A stretch of DNA of 64,000 bases from a virus. The DNA lies in IMG/VR virus record IMGVR_UViG_3300029931_000011, one strand, 5' to 3'. Under the pieces are notes generated by a model. It was not told where the DNA came from. It did no database searches and saw nothing but the letters and a program-made list of their open reading frames with translations. This document shows positions 58,927-64,000 of the stretch, one piece after another. Position numbers and translations under genes: made by a program. Every line of letters begins with the position of its first letter. Position 1 is the stretch's first letter.

Positions 58927-59031
58927 GTGCTGACCGCGGCCATCATGCTCGGTGCGGCAGCAGGTGACCGCGGCTGCGCGGTGGCGCTGGTGATGGCCGT
59001 CGTGATGGTCATGGCGCTGGAGGTGCGGTGA
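58927..59031 (+). CDS. Tiny hydrophobic peptide (34 aa), holin/antiholin-type candidate
   Basis: Own reading; below the track size cutoff. GTG start. VLTAAIMLGAAAGDRGCAVALVMAVVMVMALEVR*. Overlaps the i-spanin start. Confidence 0.3.
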   Translation: MLTAAIMLGAAAGDRGCAVALVMAVVMVMALEVR

Positions 59032-59423
59032 TGGAGGCGGTCGCCGGTCTCGTCGTCCTCGCGGTCATCCTCGGCGGCACCGTCACCGCGGTGGTGCTCG
59101 CGTACCGCCAGGCGCTCGCCGACCGGGACGCGCGCCGGGTGGCCGAGGTCGAGCGCGCAGAGATCGCTGGCGAGTTGCGCCTCACCGAAGCCGCCCTGGA
59201 GACGAGCGAACGCTTCCGCCTCGCGGAGAAGTCCCGAGGCGACGCACTGGAGGAGGAGCTTGCCGATGCTGACCGTGCTGCGATTGCCGATCCTGACCCT
59301 GGTGCTCGTCGTCGCGTGCTCGCGCGGTGGAGGGCGTCCCTCGACACCGCAGCCGCCTCGGCCCGTGCTGGTCGAGACGCCGGGCCTGTGTCTGACCCAG
59401 CAGCCGCCGATGCCGACCCCTGA
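59028..59423 (+). CDS. i-spanin (Rz-like)
   Basis: Track ORF of 131 aa. N-terminal TM segment AVAGLVVLAVILGGTVTAVVLA, then a charged coiled coil. A lipoprotein ORF is embedded in the +1 frame. Confidence 0.65.
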   Translation: MMEAVAGLVVLAVILGGTVTAVVLAYRQALADRDARRVAEVERAEIAGELRLTEAALETSERFRLAEKSRGDALEEELADADRAAIADPDPGARRRVLARWRASLDTAAASARAGRDAGPVSDPAAADADP

Positions 59424-59556
59424 GCTACTTGCCATCGCCGACGAAGGGACGCCGACCCCGGACCAGGAGGCGCTCTTGTGGACGTACCTGGAGGCGGTGG
59501 AGTCGTACGCATGGCGGGCGTGGAAGCTCTGCGGGCGAAGGGCGGTGGAGAGGTGA
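59266..59556 (+). CDS. o-spanin (Rz1-like lipoprotein), overlapping the i-spanin 3' end
   Basis: Track ORF 59260..59556 trimmed to the ATG. MLTVLRLPILTLVLVVACSRGG has the lipobox VVAC. The mature part is Pro-rich with Cys. Confidence 0.6.
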   Translation: MLTVLRLPILTLVLVVACSRGGGRPSTPQPPRPVLVETPGLCLTQQPPMPTPELLAIADEGTPTPDQEALLWTYLEAVESYAWRAWKLCGRRAVER

Positions 59557-59903
59557 GAGACGCCGTCGAGGCCATGGTGGGCACGGTACTCGTCATCCTG
59601 CTCCTGCTCGAGATGATCGCGGTCGCGTCGTGGCTGGGCGCCTGCAACCGCACCGTCGAGTACCCGGAGCCGCAACCGTGCCCCGCGCTCGCCAAGCTAC
59701 CGACCGGCGAATTGGTTCGGGTCCCCGCTGAACCGTCATGCCCGCTGCCGGGTCCGAGACCGGAGCCCACGCTGGCGGCATCAGTCGAGCCGGCGGACGT
59801 GATCTACGCGGCGACGATGACCGTGCTGGACCTCTCGCGATGGGGAGACGAGGTCGAGCTCTACGCCGGGTGTGTGGCGGCGCTGCCGGAGGGTGAGCCG
59901 TGA
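59553..59903 (+). CDS. Second Pro/Cys-rich lipoprotein (o-spanin-like)
   Basis: Track ORF 59478..59903 trimmed to GTG at 59553, with a GTGA overlap. ...MVGTVLVILLLLEMIAVASWLGACNRTVEYPEPQPCP has the lipobox LGAC. Confidence 0.55.
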   Translation: MRDAVEAMVGTVLVILLLLEMIAVASWLGACNRTVEYPEPQPCPALAKLPTGELVRVPAEPSCPLPGPRPEPTLAASVEPADVIYAATMTVLDLSRWGDEVELYAGCVAALPEGEP

Positions 59904-60037
59904 CGATCGGGCTTTTCATCGTCGGCGCTATCGCCTTCGTCGTGATGCTCGGCGCTGGCGGCTACTGGCTCGTGCGCACGATCGCCGGCCCGAACGATGT
60001 GATGGACCGCGATCGGGATGGGGACATCTACGAATGA
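59900..60037 (+). CDS. Small single-TM protein (45 aa)
   Basis: Own reading; below the track cutoff. GTG start with a GTGA overlap. VTIGLFIVGAIAFVVMLGAGGYWLVRTIAGPNDVMDRDRDGDIYE*. Confidence 0.4.
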   Translation: MTIGLFIVGAIAFVVMLGAGGYWLVRTIAGPNDVMDRDRDGDIYE

Positions 60038-60258
60038 TGGCCCCGCGCGCGACCGCCCGCTTCCTCCTCGCGCTGACCGCGTCCTCGGTCGTGTGGACCG
60101 CGCTGCTCGCGTGCCTCGGGTGGACCGCCGCCGCCGGGCTCTGCGCGGCCGGCGGCGTCTGCTCGCTCGTGGCCGCTCTCGTCCTGTGGCGCTGGGTGAT
60201 GCCCTGGTGGTGGGGGATCGCCGCGGCGGGCGCGCTGTTCGACCGGAGGCGCAAGTGA
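60034..60258 (+). CDS. Holin-like multi-TM small protein (74 aa)
   Basis: Tail of track ORF 59872..60258 from Met55, with an ATGA overlap. Contains FLLALTASSVVWTALLACLGW...LCAAGGVCSLVAALVLW...WWWGIAAAGALF. Confidence 0.5.
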   Translation: MMAPRATARFLLALTASSVVWTALLACLGWTAAAGLCAAGGVCSLVAALVLWRWVMPWWWGIAAAGALFDRRRK

Positions 60259-60515
60259 CCGCCATCAAGCCCCGCAGCCACGCCGTCAACCCCACCGCCG
60301 AGGTGCAGTCGTTCCGCGTGCAGCAGAGCGCGCTGGCGACGCAGATCGCGATCGTCGAGGGGCGCGCGATGATCTGCGGCCACGACCCGATCGCCGGCCG
60401 CGACTTCACGATCACCATGACGCGGTTCTACGTGGATCGTCGCCCCGTCGAGGACGGCTTCGCGCCGGCCGACGACGACCCGTTCACGTTCGACCTCAGC
60501 GACACGAAGGAGTAG
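60255..60515 (+). CDS. Hypothetical protein
   Basis: Tail of track ORF 60018..60515 from GTG, with a GTGA overlap. Confidence 0.5.
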   Translation: MTAIKPRSHAVNPTAEVQSFRVQQSALATQIAIVEGRAMICGHDPIAGRDFTITMTRFYVDRRPVEDGFAPADDDPFTFDLSDTKE

Positions 60516-60518
60516 CCC

Positions 60519-61313
60519 ATGCCCTCGTTCCTCTCCCGCCTTCTCGCGCCCTTCCTCGCGACGTGGCGCCAGCTCCTCACGCCGCCCGCCATCCCGTCCA
60601 CCGACGTGCTGATGAGCGAGACGGAGTCCGAGATCGATGCCGACGTGATCGAGGCATGCGGCAAGCTGGCGATGGCACGCCTGACCGAACTGTGGCGGCA
60701 GGATATCTACGACCCTCGCCACACCGAGACGAGCGAGAACGCCGAGCGGTGCCGCGCTGCGATCCTCGACATCATCCACAACGGCGGCGGGTGGCGGTGG
60801 ATCAAGCGATACGGCGGCGACGGCGCACCCGCGGCAGAGCACGCCGAGTGGTGCGGCTTCACGCAGGCGTGGGCGTGGGCGCCGTGGATCCCCGAGGAGA
60901 CGCGGAAGACGTGGTGGGCGTCGACGTACCGGCTCGATGCGTGGGCGCGCTATGCGGCGCTCGACATGAGCGGGAAGACCACGCCGAACCCGAAGCCGGC
61001 GCGCGGGCCCTTCCGCCTCTACGTCAAGCTCGACGAGCACTCGACGAAGCTTCCATTCCAGCCGCAGGCCGGTGACATCCTGCTCGTGGGCGACGGGAAG
61101 CCTGACTACGGCGACCACGTCTGCGGCGTGCTCGGGTACGACGAGAAGCGGCGGATGTTTTCTACGTTAGAAGGAAACGGCGGCGGCCTAGGGCCAGATG
61201 GAAAGAAGCAGCACGGTCTAGTGAAGGCCGAACGCCCCCTTGGGGCGACGTCCGGTCACTCGTACCACGCGCGGCGCCTCATCCGGCTTTCGCCGTCGGA
61301 CCTGATTCCGTAG
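60519..61313 (+). CDS. Endolysin, CHAP/NlpC-P60-like cysteine peptidase-amidase
   Basis: Track ORF of 264 aa. Candidate catalytic Cys in AEHAEWCGFTQAWAW. His in GDILLVGDGKPDYGDHVCGVLG, followed by STLEGNGGG. Confidence 0.65.
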   Translation: MPSFLSRLLAPFLATWRQLLTPPAIPSTDVLMSETESEIDADVIEACGKLAMARLTELWRQDIYDPRHTETSENAERCRAAILDIIHNGGGWRWIKRYGGDGAPAAEHAEWCGFTQAWAWAPWIPEETRKTWWASTYRLDAWARYAALDMSGKTTPNPKPARGPFRLYVKLDEHSTKLPFQPQAGDILLVGDGKPDYGDHVCGVLGYDEKRRMFSTLEGNGGGLGPDGKKQHGLVKAERPLGATSGHSYHARRLIRLSPSDLIP

Positions 61314-61985
61314 CCCACGCGCCGTCGTTGAGTACGTGGCTGACGGCTGACTCCGAGCAGCCGACCGCGTCGGAGATGGCCTTGTAGCTGTTGCCTTCTG
61401 ACCGCAGCGCGCGAATGCGTTCCGCCTTCTCCGGGGTGAGAACGACACCGCGACGATTCCTCGCCTGTGTCGTCGGCAGCGCCCACCGGCAGTTGCCCGG
61501 CTCGTAACCCTTGGTGCCGTCGACGCGATCGATGGAGTGACGCTTCGACGGGCGCGGGCCCATGTCGGCGAGGAACGCCGCGAAGCTCTCGCGCCAGCGG
61601 TCGCACACGGTGATTCCGCGGCCGCCATAGTCCGCGTAGTCGCCGCAGTTCGTGTCGGCGCACCGCTGGCGCATCCGCTTCCACAGGCCGAAGTCCGGGT
61701 GGCGTCGCTCGTCAGCGCGAGCGAGCCCATGCCTGAACTTGACCCTCGAGATACGCTCAGCCGCGCCCTCGCGCTGAAAGCATCCGCACGAGCGGGTCTT
61801 GCCGTTGCGAAGGGTTCCTGCGCGGACCACTAGTTCGCCGCCGCAGTCGCAGCGGCAGTGCCATGCAGCGTCTTTCCACTCGGGCTTGGCGACGCGCTCG
61901 ATGACGAGAAGCCGCCCGAACCGCTGACCGCGCAAGTCAATGAATGCCGGCATGTGACATCGATAGTCACGAATACCGGCGGCGC
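61224..61985 (-). mobile_element. Putative nuclease-gene cassette (P4 plus a replacement 3' end of the endolysin gene)
   Basis: Bounded by two 90-nt copies of the endolysin 3' end, 61224-61313 and 61986-62075, 762 bp apart. Confidence 0.5.
61279..61953 (-). CDS. Degenerate-HNH (DRVD) nuclease-like protein, paralog P4, with C-terminal HTH
   Basis: Track ORF of 224 aa. Contains CRCDCG...SCGC. Core YGGRGITVCDRWRESFAAFLADMGPRPSKRHSIDRVDGTKGYEPGNCRWALPTTQARNRR. Its 3' end overlaps the endolysin 3' end by 35 bp in antisense. Confidence 0.75.
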   Translation of the reverse strand: MPAFIDLRGQRFGRLLVIERVAKPEWKDAAWHCRCDCGGELVVRAGTLRNGKTRSCGCFQREGAAERISRVKFRHGLARADERRHPDFGLWKRMRQRCADTNCGDYADYGGRGITVCDRWRESFAAFLADMGPRPSKRHSIDRVDGTKGYEPGNCRWALPTTQARNRRGVVLTPEKAERIRALRSEGNSYKAISDAVGCSESAVSHVLNDGAWATESGPTAKAG

Positions 61986-62075
61986 AAGGCCGAGCGACCG
62001 CTGGGCGCGCGCTCGGGCCACGGCTACCACGCGCGACGGCTGATCCGCGTGGCCCCGCACGACCTTATCGGGTAG
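61986..62075 (+). pseudogene. Displaced 3' remnant of the endolysin gene
   Basis: Translates KAERPLGARSGHGYHARRLIRVAPHDLIG*; the live gene end is KAERPLGATSGHSYHARRLIRLSPSDLIP*. By my count 23/29 aa and 62/90 nt are identical. Confidence 0.7.
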
Positions 62076-62321
62076 CTAGCGCGCGTCGAAACAGCCGCGC
62101 GGGCACTCGTAGCCATCCTCGTACACCGTGCCGCAGCGGCCACACGTGACCATGCCGTGGTCGCGGCAGCGCGCGCAGAGGCGCGGCTCGGAGCCGAGGT
62201 GGACAGCCAGGAACTGCGGCCCTTCGATGCTGGGATCGGGCGCGGCCGCCGGGTTGTCGCGCCGCTCGCCGCAGGACGGGCAGTGGAAGGAAACGGGGAC
62301 GATCACGTTTCGCGCTCCCAT
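62076..62321 (-). CDS. Small zinc-ribbon protein
   Basis: Track ORF of 81 aa. Contains CPSCG...CARCRDHGMVTCGRCG...CPRGC. Confidence 0.5.
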   Translation of the reverse strand: MGARNVIVPVSFHCPSCGERRDNPAAAPDPSIEGPQFLAVHLGSEPRLCARCRDHGMVTCGRCGTVYEDGYECPRGCFDAR

Positions 62322-62662
62322 GATGCTGGCTGCGGTCGCGCGGCTGTGTCGAGGTCGATGTTCTCGAATGCCGTGTGCTCCTCGGGACGGATGAGTACCT
62401 GCACGAAGTCATCGTCGACGTCCTCGGGCTCGATCGCGGCGCGCACTACAGCGACAAGGTTCTCGACGTCGAGGTGATTGACGGCACCGACGAGAACGCG
62501 CCCGTTCATGATCTTCGACCCGTCGTGTGCATGGTCGGCGACGGCGAAGAGGCGAACGCTTTGGCTCTCCCACAGCGCGGTGTTGATGCGATCGATCATC
62601 CGCTGCTCGACCTCGGGGTCGCCGGACGGGATCGCGACGATGACGTCGGTGACGCGGCTCAT
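62303..62662 (-). CDS. Hypothetical protein
   Basis: C-terminal 119 aa (MSRVTDVIVA...) of track ORF 62303..62872, with an ATGA overlap. Confidence 0.5.
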   Translation of the reverse strand: MSRVTDVIVAIPSGDPEVEQRMIDRINTALWESQSVRLFAVADHAHDGSKIMNGRVLVGAVNHLDVENLVAVVRAAIEPEDVDDDFVQVLIRPEEHTAFENIDLDTAARPQPASWERET

Positions 62663-63210
62663 CGCTCCCTCGGTGGTAGCACGGCGCCCTGGCGTACGAC
62701 GGCGCGCGGCCGCTGCCATGTCCACGGCACGTGAGCGTGCCGCTCCACGAGACCCATGATCTCGAGCTGGGACAGGGCATCCATGAGGGCGTCCGTGGAC
62801 GGCCGCTCGGATTCGACGAAGCGGTCGGCGATCTCGTCGAGACCGAAGGCGAAGTCGCCGAGAATGAACCACACCTCGAAGACGATGCCGCCCTTCGCCT
62901 TCAGGCGTTCCGCGATCTCGCGATCCCGGCTGCGGTCCGGGCGGTTGCCGCGCACGAGCCTCGGCGGCCCTGGCGGCTCCACCTCATCGACCGCCGCCTG
63001 CAGCGCCGCGATCACCTCGCGGGCCTTGGCGGGGGAGAGCCACACGCCAGCGGCCTCGTAGTCCTCGTGCACGCTCAGCATGATCGGAGACGACGGCCCA
63101 GGGCAGTCGCGCGCGCGAGGCTCGCCAGCCGCGAAGTCGGCGAGCGTCTCGACCGTCACCTCATGCTCGTGGTCGGCGGGGCGGCCGTCGGGGATCTTGA
63201 TGGTGGTCAT
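62659..63210 (-). CDS. Hypothetical protein
   Basis: Track ORF of 183 aa. GC3-rich. 4-nt overlaps. Confidence 0.55.
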   Translation of the reverse strand: MTTIKIPDGRPADHEHEVTVETLADFAAGEPRARDCPGPSSPIMLSVHEDYEAAGVWLSPAKAREVIAALQAAVDEVEPPGPPRLVRGNRPDRSRDREIAERLKAKGGIVFEVWFILGDFAFGLDEIADRFVESERPSTDALMDALSQLEIMGLVERHAHVPWTWQRPRAVVRQGAVLPPRER

Positions 63211-63572
63211 GCTGGCGCTCCTCGGTACGTGTCGAATCCCTCGAACCCTCGATCACGCAGCCTGTTCACGACGAGCTTCTCGATCGCGGCCTCGTGCGCA
63301 GCTCGGCTGTCGGTGAGCTGCCCGAGCAGCGTGGGCACGGTGTCGAGGTTGATCGTCTCGGCGGCCCGCTGGCCTGCGAAGCAGCCGTGCGCCTCGACGG
63401 TGAGCACGGAGGTGCGGCGCGCGATCTCGCCCCGCTCGGGGTCGCCGGGCTCGGAGTAGATAACGCCGCTCACCTCGCAGTACGCGCCGCACGCGCGGCA
63501 CCGGGTGTAGGCGGTCGGGCCTTGGACCTCGATGGTGTCGGGGATCTGGATCGCGTCGTCGGGCATGGTCAT
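63207..63572 (-). CDS. Hypothetical protein
   Basis: Track ORF of 121 aa. Contains CRACGAYC. Confidence 0.55.
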   Translation of the reverse strand: MTMPDDAIQIPDTIEVQGPTAYTRCRACGAYCEVSGVIYSEPGDPERGEIARRTSVLTVEAHGCFAGQRAAETINLDTVPTLLGQLTDSRAAHEAAIEKLVVNRLRDRGFEGFDTYRGAPA

Positions 63573-63577
63573 CCTCC

Positions 63578-63802
63578 TCAGTCAAGCGTCAGCGTCTTCA
63601 GGTCGAGTCGCACCGCTTCCCGCGCGACGGCGTAGCGTTCGGCATGGAACGGCGGCTCGGTTGGCGACGGCATGTTCTTCACGAACCACGTGCAGCGTAC
63701 CGCTACGGCGGCAGAGCACGTCGGGCACTCGACACCGAGCGCCGCCATCGGCGTCAGAATCTCGGTGAGGCGCGCGAGGGCGCGGTCTTTTGCATCTGCC
63801 AT
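63578..63802 (-). CDS. Small zinc-finger-like protein
   Basis: C-terminal 74 aa (MADAKDRALA...ECPTCSAAVAVRC...) of track ORF 63578..63919. Confidence 0.5.
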   Translation of the reverse strand: MADAKDRALARLTEILTPMAALGVECPTCSAAVAVRCTWFVKNMPSPTEPPFHAERYAVAREAVRLDLKTLTLD

Positions 63803-63828
63803 GAGGGCTCCTGTTGTAGCGTGTCGGG

Positions 63829-64000
63829 GTGAGAACGTGCTCGACCTGCGGCTGCCGCGCGCCGCTCTGCCGTGAGTGCTGCGATGCCGCGCTCGACCAG
63901 TTCCGAGGCGTCGCGGCACTGCGCGGGCTGCTCCTCGGCGAGTCCGCGCGTACGCGTCGCCCGAGCAGCCCGCCGACGGAGGCCGAAGCCCGCGAGAAGG
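63829..64000 (+). CDS. Partial ORF running off the right edge; Cys-rich N-terminus
   Basis: Own translation from GTG at 63829: VRTCSTCGCRAPLCRECCDAALDQFRGVAALRGLLLGE.... GC3-rich. Not in the track because there is no stop in the window. Confidence 0.35.
   Translation, partial: MRTCSTCGCRAPLCRECCDAALDQFRGVAALRGLLLGESARTRRPSSPPTEAEAREK

Overview
The window is most of a temperate, lambda-like siphovirus prophage in a very GC-rich genome; third codon positions are almost always G/C. Spanin genes suggest a diderm host. All family names come from motifs read by eye in the translations. No database or profile search was run.

Gene order, left to right:
- 1-1367: a tyrosine integrase cut by the window edge, then xis.
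- 1364-11053: a leftward early operon. It carries a Cas4-like exonuclease / Sak4-like ATPase / DUF669-like SSB recombination module and a near-perfect 19-unit pentapeptide-repeat protein.
- 11054-12124: an immunity region with a CI-like repressor, a Cro-like protein and four copies of the palindrome TCCGCA-N5-TGCGGA.
- 12951-27447: a long, translationally coupled rightward operon. It carries a replication initiator with internal iterons, a frameshifted methyltransferase, nucleases and sigma-region-4-like regulators.
- 29040-35212: distal tail and host-specificity genes on the plus strand.
- 56884 down to 35216: a packaging/head/tail operon on the minus strand, converging on the distal tail genes.
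- 56933-61313: a divergent lysis cassette.
- 62076-63802: small accessory genes.

The most unusual signal is a family of four paralogous nuclease-like genes with a degenerate HNH core (DRID instead of DHID), plus one canonical HNH gene. Three of these five genes sit next to diverged partial duplicates of the host gene they interrupt: a lipoprotein 5' end, the endolysin 3' end, and the 5' end of an early gene. This looks like mobile cassettes that carry a replacement gene end.

Other points worth a second look:
- a leaderless-looking early promoter overlapped by an operator
- candidate lysogeny-expressed cargo genes
- a G7 tract that frameshifts the methyltransferase
- a GGGAAAC -1 frameshift site in the tail chaperone
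- an opposite-strand four-gene cassette and a P-loop/Cys-rich gene pair inside the head module
- tandem o-spanin-like lipoproteins

Many long Arg/Ala-rich ORFs in the track are high-GC artefacts and were not called. Internal start coordinates were derived by residue counting from the ORF track.
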